The notes beneath the pieces were generated by a model. It searched no databases and was not told where the DNA came from. It was given only the letters and a program-made list of their open reading frames with translations. A stretch of DNA of 24,183 nucleotides. It comes from a virus. Its lineage: Duplodnaviria; Caudoviricetes. The translations under genes were made by a program, and so were the position numbers. Of the stretch, positions 1-7,441 are shown in pieces (within the stretch, counting starts at the first letter, position 1; every line of letters begins with the position of its first letter). The stretch is taken from IMG/VR virus record IMGVR_UViG_3300037462_000671, positions 1 through 24,183 of that record. One strand, given 5' to 3'.

Positions 1-124
1 ACATCCGGCCCAGCGCCATCTCAGCCCACAGCAGCCGCGTCTGGGGCGGGTCCGCTGGCGTCCACGCGGGCGCAGCGGTGCCACCACGGCGCCACCGCAG
101 GCCCATGCCCATTCCGATTCTCAT
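1..124 (-). CDS. 5' end of a probable head-spike fibre / lectin-like virion protein (partial, runs off the window)
   Basis: Not in the ORF track. Manual translation from ATG at 124: MRIGMGMGLRWRRGGTAAPAWTPADPPQTRLLWAEMALGRM... GGAG Shine-Dalgarno at 131-134, 6 nt upstream. The N-terminal hydrophobic-Gly alternation resembles the 'LGLGLGL' anchor of RcGTA Rcc01080. The WTPAD..LW motif commonly opens phage LamG/ConA-like domains. Confidence 0.7.
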   Translation of the reverse strand, partial: MRIGMGMGLRWRRGGTAAPAWTPADPPQTRLLWAEMALGRM

Positions 125-139
125 GGTGTGCTCCCGCGC

Positions 140-1492
140 TCAGTTGAGGCTGTAGACCAGCCGGCCGCCGACGTAGACGCGCACCCGGCCCGCGCTGCCG
201 GCGGCGCCGTTGCTGGCACCGGGGCCGCCGGTACCACCGGCGCCCCCGCTCACGTCAAAGTGGTCGCTGTACGGGTCGGTCAGCTCGATCTCGTCGCACA
301 CGATCACGAGCATCCCGCCACCGCCACCGCCCCCACCGCCCCCTCCGTTGCCGGAGCCAGAGCCGCCGTTGCCGCCGTTGCCACCCCGGGCGCGGATCCT
401 GGCGCCGGCCGCCAGCACCAGCCGGGCACAGCGCAGCAGGAGCAGGCCGCCGGGGCCGCCTGCGCCGCCGCCGACGGCGCCGGTGTGCGCGCCCCCGCTG
501 CCGCCCGGTGCGCCACCGCGCGGCGCGGTGAACGTGCTGGCCAGCCGGTAGGTGAGGTCCAGCACCTCGATGTGTCCGATGCCGGTCGGGAGCACGCACG
601 TCCCGGCCGTGCCCGTGGAGCCGCCGCCGGACGACGCGGCGCCGCCCTGGCCGCCGTTGCCCCCGAGGCCATGGGTGGTGGTGCCGCCGCTGAGCCCGGA
701 GTTGATGCCGGCCGCTGCCCCGTTGGGCCCGTTGGTGCCGGCCGTAGCGAGCTGCCCCGCGGCGTAGGCCGTGCCGCCGGTCTGGCCGGAGGCGGAAGAC
801 CCGTCGCACGAGATGACGGCGCCGGCCGCCAGCGTGACCGTACCGGTGGCAAAGATCCGGTGCCCGGCCGCCGGCAGGACGAAGCCGGCGTCGATGGTCA
901 GGCTGCTGTACTGAACCGGACCGGTGAGCGCAGCCGGCGTGCTGGAGATGGTGCGCGCCCCGTCCAGGCCACCGCCGTACAGGAAGCCGAGCGCCGTGTT
1001 GACCGTGGCCAGCTCGTCGCGGACGTAGTTGCGCGTGGCCATCGCCCGGAGCGCGTCGTTGATGGCCTTGGTCCACCCATAGGTGCCAGCCTCGACGGCC
1101 TCGCCCACGGCGATGACCTGCTGCTCGGACTCGGCGCGGACGCACACCTTGAGGGAGCACGCGAGCGACGGGTCCGCGGCGCCGGTCGCCGGGTTGACGC
1201 CGCCGTTGACGACACACCGGAGCAGCCACGCGCCGCCGGTGCGCGGCACGGTGAAGTCCACCGTGCGGTCCGGGTTCACCGTGAGCGCGGGCAGGCTGCC
1301 CACGTTCGCGTCGTCGGCGCTGGTGATCGACCACGCGACGGACGCCACGCCGAGGGCCGAGTCAAGCTCAGCGCGGATGGCGTAGGTGCCGGTCGCGGCG
1401 TAGGAGAGCGCGTTGCTGTCGGCCAGCGCCACGCCCGGGGCGAGGTAGGACGAGCCGCCGTTGGAGGAGAGACGGAACAGAGCGGAAGCCAT
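140..1492 (-). CDS. Glycine-rich fibre/adhesin-like virion protein (N-terminal beta domain, C-terminal Gly-rich region), 450 aa
   Basis: GAGG upstream of the ATG. The C-terminal two-thirds alternates GxGGxGG runs (including a long poly-Gly run before MLVIV) with short hydrophobic strands. Lies at the distal end of the tail module. Confidence 0.7.
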   Translation of the reverse strand: MASALFRLSSNGGSSYLAPGVALADSNALSYAATGTYAIRAELDSALGVASVAWSITSADDANVGSLPALTVNPDRTVDFTVPRTGGAWLLRCVVNGGVNPATGAADPSLACSLKVCVRAESEQQVIAVGEAVEAGTYGWTKAINDALRAMATRNYVRDELATVNTALGFLYGGGLDGARTISSTPAALTGPVQYSSLTIDAGFVLPAAGHRIFATGTVTLAAGAVISCDGSSASGQTGGTAYAAGQLATAGTNGPNGAAAGINSGLSGGTTTHGLGGNGGQGGAASSGGGSTGTAGTCVLPTGIGHIEVLDLTYRLASTFTAPRGGAPGGSGGAHTGAVGGGAGGPGGLLLLRCARLVLAAGARIRARGGNGGNGGSGSGNGGGGGGGGGGGMLVIVCDEIELTDPYSDHFDVSGGAGGTGGPGASNGAAGSAGRVRVYVGGRLVYSLN

Positions 1493-1507
1493 GGTGCCTC
1501 GGGGTGG

Positions 1508-3160
1508 TCAGGAGAAGCCGGCGCGGGACAGGAGCAGCCCGGCCATGGTGCCGACGTCCGCCGGTGGCGAGGCGTCTGGAGACAGCGCGCGGTCAAACGC
1601 CTTCTGCAGGCGCACCAGCGCCGAGGGGCGCGTGCCCTCGCTCGTGCGCCGGGCCGCGGTGCCCAGAACGCGCGCCGGGTGCTGCCCCCGGGCGCCGGCC
1701 GTGAGCACGTCCACGTAGCCGGTGGGCGGACCACCGCTCCACAGGTGCGACTCCAGGCAGATCCACAGTTCCTCGATCAGCACGGCGAGCGAGCGCGGGT
1801 CCGTGGCGCGGGTGCGCGGGATGCGGGTCTGGGCCCCATCGACGAAGTGAAACGGGGGGTCAGCGGCAGCGCCCGTGGAGGTCTGGTTGCGCACGTGGCG
1901 GGTCAGCGCGTCGGCCAGCGCGTTGGCCGTGGCGATCATGCCAGGGAGCGAGTCGTCCAGCGTGTAGACGCCGTTGGTGTCGTCCGGGTGCAGGCCGCGC
2001 AGGACGGAGTGCGCCTCGTAAAGGCCGCGGACCCGGTGCGCCTCGTAGAGCGCGGTGAGGCCGTAGTGCTCCCAGCGCGTGCCGGCCGTGCCGTTGATCT
2101 GCGCGGCGACCTCGCCCAGCGTGGTGGGCGGCTCGGCCAGCCAGCCGAAGTAGCCGTCGCCGTTGAAGTTGTCGGTGTTGTTGAAGTGCACCGTGTTGTC
2201 GATGGCGTGCCGGTACAGCACGTCGTAGACGTGTTCCGCGTAGGCGATGGCCTCGTCCGTGTTGCCGCAGGGCATGGTGACCATGACGTTGGCCAGGTCG
2301 GCCACAAAGTGCGTCCACGGTGGGCCGCCTCCGGCCACGATCCGGTGGGCGTTGAACTTGGCCACGATGTCGTCGAGGCGCGCCTGGATGGATCCGGTCG
2401 TGGCGCTGACGGCGGCCGTGGACGCGAGCGCGTTGGTGCTGTCGGCCAGGCCGTGCACCGAGATGCCCTCGAAGCCAATGTGCCGGTTGAACGCCGTGCG
2501 CAGGTGCTCCAGCAGGGCAAAGTGCGTCGTCAGCGCCGTCGCGCTGGACGCGGCCACTGCAAGCACGGCCTGCCGCACCACCGCGTCGCGCGTGGCCAAC
2601 TGCACCGGGGCGGACGCCGTGGTCGGCGCGGTGAGCGTCGCCGTGGGCAGGTCCTCGGTGGACGGCAGGATCTCGTCGTCGGCCACGATGACCGTGAGCG
2701 TCGCGGTTTCCTGCCCGAACCCGACCGGGCGCCGGAGCGTCTGCCGCACCCACAGGTCCGCGGAGGTGACCGTGGTGGCCTGCGGCGTGACGACGCCGTT
2801 GACCGTGAACGCGGCCTCCTCGTTGTCCGCCTGCGACGGGTCGCCGCTGGCCGGACGCTCGCCCTGGTAGGACGGAACGAAGCGGTAGACGGTTACCTCG
2901 CGCACGGCGACCGTGTACCGGCCCGGCACGTCCGGCGTGAAGGCGGCGCCGCCGTTGGCCAGCGTGGGCAGGCGGATCGCGGCGAGCGTCTGCCCGGCGT
3001 CCTGGTACGTGGACAGCGTGGCCAGCGTGGACGAGGGCGGGGCGCTGGCCAGGTAGAAGCGCAGTTCCGTGCCGGCGTCCTGCTCCCCGATGGGCGTGAC
3101 GGCGACCGGCTGCCCGGGGGCCACGCTCTCCGGGGTGAGCTTGAGGGAGGCGACGGTCAT
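1508..3160 (-). CDS. Hypothetical virion protein, 550 aa: N-terminal Ig/PKD-like region plus about six His-pair helical repeats
   Basis: True start re-assigned to ATG 3160 (MTVASLKL...), which forms an ATGA overlap with the upstream stop. The extension to 3613 in the track is an out-of-frame overlap of the upstream gene. FTPDVPGRYTVAV is a PKD/Ig-like signature. Confidence 0.75.
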   Translation of the reverse strand: MTVASLKLTPESVAPGQPVAVTPIGEQDAGTELRFYLASAPPSSTLATLSTYQDAGQTLAAIRLPTLANGGAAFTPDVPGRYTVAVREVTVYRFVPSYQGERPASGDPSQADNEEAAFTVNGVVTPQATTVTSADLWVRQTLRRPVGFGQETATLTVIVADDEILPSTEDLPTATLTAPTTASAPVQLATRDAVVRQAVLAVAASSATALTTHFALLEHLRTAFNRHIGFEGISVHGLADSTNALASTAAVSATTGSIQARLDDIVAKFNAHRIVAGGGPPWTHFVADLANVMVTMPCGNTDEAIAYAEHVYDVLYRHAIDNTVHFNNTDNFNGDGYFGWLAEPPTTLGEVAAQINGTAGTRWEHYGLTALYEAHRVRGLYEAHSVLRGLHPDDTNGVYTLDDSLPGMIATANALADALTRHVRNQTSTGAAADPPFHFVDGAQTRIPRTRATDPRSLAVLIEELWICLESHLWSGGPPTGYVDVLTAGARGQHPARVLGTAARRTSEGTRPSALVRLQKAFDRALSPDASPPADVGTMAGLLLSRAGFS

Positions 3161-3888
3161 ACTTGCCGGAGAGAGTCGAAGGTGAGCGCCACGCGCGGGC
3201 GGTAGACGCGCAGGCCGTTCGCAGTGGACGTGCTGTTGCTGTCGCCGATGACGCTGACGATGTAGTTGCTGTTCTCGGCCACCAGGATGCCCGGGAGCGT
3301 CACGGTGACCGGGACGATGTGGTACGTCTGGTAATCGAGCAACGTGGCGCTCGTGTCGTCCGTGTACGAGATCACGGACGTGATGAGGCCGGTGGTAAGG
3401 TCCTGCCGGAACATGCCCACGCGCGGCATGGTCACCGGCAGCGACCCGCCGACCTTCTCCAGGCCGACGAGCAACCCGGTGATGCGCGCGCCCGGCGGCA
3501 GCGACAGCCACATGCTGAGCACGGGCGGGCCGGAGTTGTTGACCTGCGTGATCCAGGAGGACTCCTCGACCCAGTATTCGACGCCGAGCGTGTTGCCGGA
3601 CAGCACCGTGCACGGCGCGGTGTAGTTCATCGAGCGCGTGCTGTTGAAGCCGGGCCAGCCGGTGCCGGTGAACTTGGTGTCGTTCGCCTCCGGCTTGAAG
3701 AAACCGCCGGTGCTGCCGCCGATGTTGAAGTCGTGCGCGTCGAGCACCACGCCACAGTCACCGTCGATGGTGGTCGGTTGGCTGGCGCTGATGCGGTCCG
3801 CCTGCCCGGCGTCGATCAGGTTGATCTCGGCCGGGGTGAGCTGCTGGCCCAGCGACTTCGGAATCGGGAACGCCTTGGGGAATGCCAT
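3157..3888 (-). CDS. Putative tail fibre/baseplate-attached protein with C-terminal beta-sandwich, 243 aa
   Basis: Directly follows the gp48-like gene, which is the fibre position in Mu-like tails. Beta-rich C-terminus (LSLPPGARITGLLV...YIVSVIG...LRVYRPRVALTF). Normal protein-like composition. Confidence 0.6.
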   Translation of the reverse strand: MAFPKAFPIPKSLGQQLTPAEINLIDAGQADRISASQPTTIDGDCGVVLDAHDFNIGGSTGGFFKPEANDTKFTGTGWPGFNSTRSMNYTAPCTVLSGNTLGVEYWVEESSWITQVNNSGPPVLSMWLSLPPGARITGLLVGLEKVGGSLPVTMPRVGMFRQDLTTGLITSVISYTDDTSATLLDYQTYHIVPVTVTLPGILVAENSNYIVSVIGDSNSTSTANGLRVYRPRVALTFDSLRQV

Positions 3889-3900
3889 GGGTGCTCTGTG

Positions 3901-4710
3901 TCAGAGGGCGGTGAGCCCGAGGTAGGAGACGCCGAGGAAGAAGCCGCTCCCGGACTGGCCCGGGGCGAGCTGCGAGACGGTGGCGCTCATCCACGCCGGC
4001 AGCATGTCGTCGAGCACCTGCAGCGCCTTGTCGCGCGCCACGTTCACCCGCGCCTGGTCCGTGCTGGCCGGCGGCTGGATGAGGACCGCGATGTGGCACA
4101 GCCCCGACGTCCAGAAGTACTCCAGGCTGTAGCGCCCCGGGTACACGGCTGCGTGCAGCAGGTCCGGCAGCGCCGGGTCCCGGAGCACGGGCCAGAACGC
4201 GGTCACGTTGCCCACCGGCACCCGGCCCGGGTAGTCGATCTCCTCGACGCTGTTCTCGCCTAGCCCGAGGAACCACGCGCCGAAGACGCCGGCCATGGCC
4301 TCCTCCACAGCGACACGCGAGGCACTGGACGTGCTCACCACGGCGCTGCGCACTGCGGCGCGCCGGGCGGTCAGCGTGGCGCCGGGCGCGGGCGTCAGGC
4401 GCAGCAGGCGCTCCCAGCGTTGCAGCGGGGAGAGGTCCGCCTGCGTGCCGTCCGGGAACGTGACCGGCCGGGTGGCGTCGCTGAGTTTGCCCGGGTCGCG
4501 CTGCGCCACGCGCTGCCCCACCGCGGCCAGCCCCACGCTGAGCATCCGGGCCATGACCCGGTTCTCCAGTTCCACGTTGTCCTCGTCGCCGGTGGCGGTG
4601 AGCATGTCCGGGCGGGCCGCGCGCACGGTGGACAGCATGAGGTCCACGCGCCGGTGGGCCCGGCCGCCGAAGCGACGGGGCCACGGAGATTTCCAGCCGA
4701 AGGAGCCCAT
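3901..4710 (-). CDS. Baseplate wedge protein, Mu gp48/YmfQ(DUF2313)/P2 gpI-like, 269 aa
   Basis: LQRWERLLRL...TLTARRAAV motif and C-terminal LDDMLPAW are typical of gp48-like proteins. Lies downstream of the J-like gene. Confidence 0.75.
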   Translation of the reverse strand: MGSFGWKSPWPRRFGGRAHRRVDLMLSTVRAARPDMLTATGDEDNVELENRVMARMLSVGLAAVGQRVAQRDPGKLSDATRPVTFPDGTQADLSPLQRWERLLRLTPAPGATLTARRAAVRSAVVSTSSASRVAVEEAMAGVFGAWFLGLGENSVEEIDYPGRVPVGNVTAFWPVLRDPALPDLLHAAVYPGRYSLEYFWTSGLCHIAVLIQPPASTDQARVNVARDKALQVLDDMLPAWMSATVSQLAPGQSGSGFFLGVSYLGLTAL

Positions 4711-4711
4711 G

Positions 4712-5200
4712 TCAGAACATCACCACCGTGAACTCGCCCACGTCAGCCGCGGCGCCGGTGGCGTCCCAGGTGCGCACCTCGATGCTGGTGGTGGACGTGC
4801 GCCGCGCGTTGATGATGCGCGCTGCGGTCGCCGTGAAGCACGTGGCGTGGACCGCGCGCAGGTTGATCGGGTGCGACTCCGGCACGGCCTGCAGGTCGTT
4901 GTAGGCCGAGGCCCAGGTCACGGTGTAGTGCCCGACGCCGACCCAGACGCAGGTCGGGAGCAGGTCGTTGGTGATGCCCCACACCGAGGCGTGCGCCACC
5001 GGCGTGACGGCGCCGCCGCCGACGTTGCACCGGAGCCAGGTCCGGGGCGCGCTCAGGCTGAGCATCACGAGTTGCGCGTTGACCCGGTTCTGGAACGCCG
5101 CGTCCATGTCCGTCTCCGGGTCCTCCACCGGGGCGTGGTTGACGAACGTGCCGCCGAAGGTGTCCAGGTCGGCGTAGTCAGGAAGTACGGGCGTCGTCAT
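4712..5200 (-). CDS. Hypothetical baseplate-associated protein, 162 aa
   Basis: Fills the gap between the gp47-like and gp48-like genes with 1-nt spacers (TGACATG) on both sides. Beta-rich C-terminus (GVGHYTVTW...IEVRTWD...FTVVMF). Confidence 0.75.
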   Translation of the reverse strand: MTTPVLPDYADLDTFGGTFVNHAPVEDPETDMDAAFQNRVNAQLVMLSLSAPRTWLRCNVGGGAVTPVAHASVWGITNDLLPTCVWVGVGHYTVTWASAYNDLQAVPESHPINLRAVHATCFTATAARIINARRTSTTSIEVRTWDATGAAADVGEFTVVMF

Positions 5201-5201
5201 G

Positions 5202-6725
5202 TCAACTCGTCGGGTAGAAGGCCAGGCGCCGCACGCGCAGCACGTTCGGCGGCAGCGTCGGGTCCGGGCTGGTCAGCGGTTCGATGGGCAGCGTGACGGC
5301 CAGCGTCTCGCTCCGGCGGAAGTACTCGGCGCTGGTCACCTCGGCGTGGGCGTTCTGCAGCGCGACCAGTTGCGTGGTGGTCAGCCCGGACGGGAACCCC
5401 TCGATGCTGCGCGGGTGCCGGTAGGCGCGGGGCAGGACCGCCACGCTGTCGGTCTTCTCGCCGGGGGCCAGCAGCGCGACCGCCGCCTGGAACGTCTCGG
5501 CGTAGGTGGCGCCGTGCTCGCACGCCGGCATGAGGTAGTCGCCCGCGACCAGCATGGGCAGCGCGCGGTCGATCTGGAAGGTCCAGTTGCTGGCGGACCC
5601 GGTGCCGTCTGCGACGACGACGGCGGTGTAGATGCGCCGGTCTGCCGAGGAGAAGAAGGCCACGGTGCTGTTGGCCAGCGGCTGGTTGTAGGCGTTGGTG
5701 ACGAACTCCGTGCTGGACGTGACCGACAGCAGGAAGACGACGTTCTCCGTGCTGATGGCGGTCTGCGCCTTGGCCCAGCGCATCGTGGGCGGGTCCACCC
5801 ACCCACCGCCGAAGCCGCCGACGCTGACCGGCTCCGGCAGCACGATCTTGAGCGCGAGGTCAAGCGGCTGGTGCGCCACCGTGGTGACGGTCACGTCCGC
5901 GAACTCCGGTTGCTCCCGGGTCACGGCGTCTGCCACGAGCAACGTCAAGGCCGCGGTGCCGGTGCGGCTGTAGCGGTTGGCGTCGGTGCCGGGCACGGTG
6001 TACGCGAGGTGCACGGTGCCCGGGCCTTGCAGCGCCGGGTACACGTAGGCGTTCTCGACGGAAGCGCTTGCGTCCTCGGCCCACTTGCGGTAATGCGCCC
6101 AGGACCCTCCGTTCTGCGGCTCGCGCAGCAGCTTCAGGAGCCGTTCGCGCAGCCGCTCGTCGGTGTCCACGTCGGTGCCGTCCACCAGCCCGGTGAGGCT
6201 GACCACGCACGTCGCCGCGCTGTTGAAGGGCGGGCTGGTCCAGGTCAACACCTCGCCCGGCTCCAGGTTGGTCGCGGCCCCCACGTCGATCCCGACCACC
6301 GGTACCGGGTCGCCCGTGCTGGCCGTGGTCGCGGCGACCACCCGGTAGCGCAGCCCGGTCCGGTCGCTCGTGCACTCCAGCCCAGCGGCGTAGGTCACGG
6401 ACCCGGTGCAGGTGACCGTCACGTCCCCCTGGGCGCCGGAGCCCGGAGAGCGGACCTGGCCGTAGATGGCGCAGATGCGCTCCAGGTCCTCGCCCACCGC
6501 CGTGTCCGGCAGGGTGGCGTCCTCCTTGACGCGCTCGTTGGCGAACACGATCTCCAGCCCCTGCGCGAACGCCTGCGCGGTGAGCCACCGGTCCGTGCCC
6601 CGGGCGGTGGCCGCGTTGGCGCTGCCGACCGGGACGCCGCGCCGGATGAGCCCGCGCCGCCAGAACTGAAGCGCGCGCTCCACGAGGGCTTCGCGCGTCG
6701 GGGTGTCGATGCTGGTCAGTGCCAT
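5202..6725 (-). CDS. Baseplate J-like wedge protein (Mu gp47 / P2 gpJ family), 507 aa
   Basis: Motifs LPDTAVGEDLERICAIYG, GAATNL, GTDVDTDERLRERLL...PQNGGSWAHYRKWA and AYVYP..GPGTV are characteristic of Baseplate_J. Confidence 0.93.
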   Translation of the reverse strand: MALTSIDTPTREALVERALQFWRRGLIRRGVPVGSANAATARGTDRWLTAQAFAQGLEIVFANERVKEDATLPDTAVGEDLERICAIYGQVRSPGSGAQGDVTVTCTGSVTYAAGLECTSDRTGLRYRVVAATTASTGDPVPVVGIDVGAATNLEPGEVLTWTSPPFNSAATCVVSLTGLVDGTDVDTDERLRERLLKLLREPQNGGSWAHYRKWAEDASASVENAYVYPALQGPGTVHLAYTVPGTDANRYSRTGTAALTLLVADAVTREQPEFADVTVTTVAHQPLDLALKIVLPEPVSVGGFGGGWVDPPTMRWAKAQTAISTENVVFLLSVTSSTEFVTNAYNQPLANSTVAFFSSADRRIYTAVVVADGTGSASNWTFQIDRALPMLVAGDYLMPACEHGATYAETFQAAVALLAPGEKTDSVAVLPRAYRHPRSIEGFPSGLTTTQLVALQNAHAEVTSAEYFRRSETLAVTLPIEPLTSPDPTLPPNVLRVRRLAFYPTS

Positions 6726-6729
6726 GGGG

Positions 6730-7206
6730 TCAGGCTCCAGTCGCCACGGCGCGCGTGGTGGTGGTGCGTAGCGTGCGGGTGTCGCGCCACGTCACGGCCA
6801 TGAGCGCGAGGCCCACGGAGCGGTCGGCGGTGACGCTCTCGATCTCGACCTCGCCCGCGGCGATGAGGTCAGCCAGGGCCGTGGTGGCGCTGGTCGTGGC
6901 GAAGTCGCCGAGGTTGGCCGGGACGCGCGTGAGGTTGAGGAACGGGTTGCCGTAGTCCGGCGCGAAGGACAGCCGGCCGGGGCGCGTGGTGAGGCGAAGC
7001 ACCACGTTCTGCTTCAGCCCGTCCCAGGAGCCGTGCGGCACACCGGTCTTGTCGTCGTCGGTGAGGTAGTCCTTGGCGGCCAGGTCCAGCGCACGCGCCG
7101 GGGACAGGTCCGCGCTGCGCAGGTACGCGGCGCCAGGGGCGGGTTGCCCGAACGGAACGCCGAGACCGAAGCCGGAGAGGCCGGCGTAGCCAGTGCCAAA
7201 GCTCAT
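6730..7206 (-). CDS. Baseplate sheath initiator (Mu gp46 / T4 gp25 / P2 gpW-like), 158 aa
   Basis: LKQNVVLRLTTRPG...FAPDYG motif and ALADLI...V.I. helix-strand pattern. Immediately upstream of the J-like gene. Confidence 0.85.
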   Translation of the reverse strand: MSFGTGYAGLSGFGLGVPFGQPAPGAAYLRSADLSPARALDLAAKDYLTDDDKTGVPHGSWDGLKQNVVLRLTTRPGRLSFAPDYGNPFLNLTRVPANLGDFATTSATTALADLIAAGEVEIESVTADRSVGLALMAVTWRDTRTLRTTTTRAVATGA

Positions 7207-7210
7207 GGGG

Positions 7211-7435
7211 TCAGTCCAGTGCGTCGAGGGGGCACGCGGGCAGCCGCGGGATGGGCAGCGCCGGGATCGGGAGCGCGAGGCTGATGCTGGGCAGCGCCGG
7301 GATGGGGATCGTCGGCAGCGCCACGCCGAAGGACAGCGACGGCAGCCGCGGGATGGGCAGCGCCGGGACGGGCAGCGCCAGCGAGATCGACGGCAGCGCC
7401 GGGATGGGGATGCCGGGGAGGTTGCAGTTGCTCAC
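7211..7435 (-). CDS. Small Pro-rich, Cys-capped repeat protein, 74 aa (possible spike-tip/baseplate accessory)
   Basis: GTG start. Exactly fills the gap between the spike and gp46-like genes. Internal duplication has mostly synonymous differences in this frame. Confidence 0.8.
   Translation of the reverse strand: MSNCNLPGIPIPALPSISLALPVPALPIPRLPSLSFGVALPTIPIPALPSISLALPIPALPIPRLPACPLDALD
7239..7411. repeat. Imperfect direct repeat of about 71 nt (7239-7309 and 7341-7411; period 102 nt = 34 codons)
   Basis: Both copies encode IPIPALPSISLALP(V/I)PALPIPRLP on the minus strand. Confidence 0.9.
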
Positions 7436-7441
7436 GGTGCG

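Noticed and set aside
210-800. gccgcc/ccaccg microsatellite-like runs and the poly-Pro ORF 210-551
   Set aside because: Fully explained as the reverse complement of Gly codons in the 140-1492 gene.
128-3205. 1025-aa plus-strand ORF, and other long plus-strand ORFs (e.g. 5199-6803, 8116-9471, 14229-15938, 18302-19717, 19569-20987)
   Set aside because: They are antisense shadows of real minus-strand genes in high-GC DNA. Translations are R/G/A/V/H-rich with no motifs.
3161-3613. N-terminal extensions in the ORF track (also 8138-8458, 16030-16260 and 18166-18258)
   Set aside because: They overlap upstream genes out of frame and read as Arg/His/Pro-rich junk. Each has a downstream ATG forming an ATGA overlap with the upstream stop.
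7239-7411. Direct repeat as a CRISPR array or DGR template/variable pair
   Set aside because: Only two copies, lying inside an ORF with codon-phase synonymous differences. Mismatches are not adenine-specific, and no cas or reverse transcriptase gene is present.
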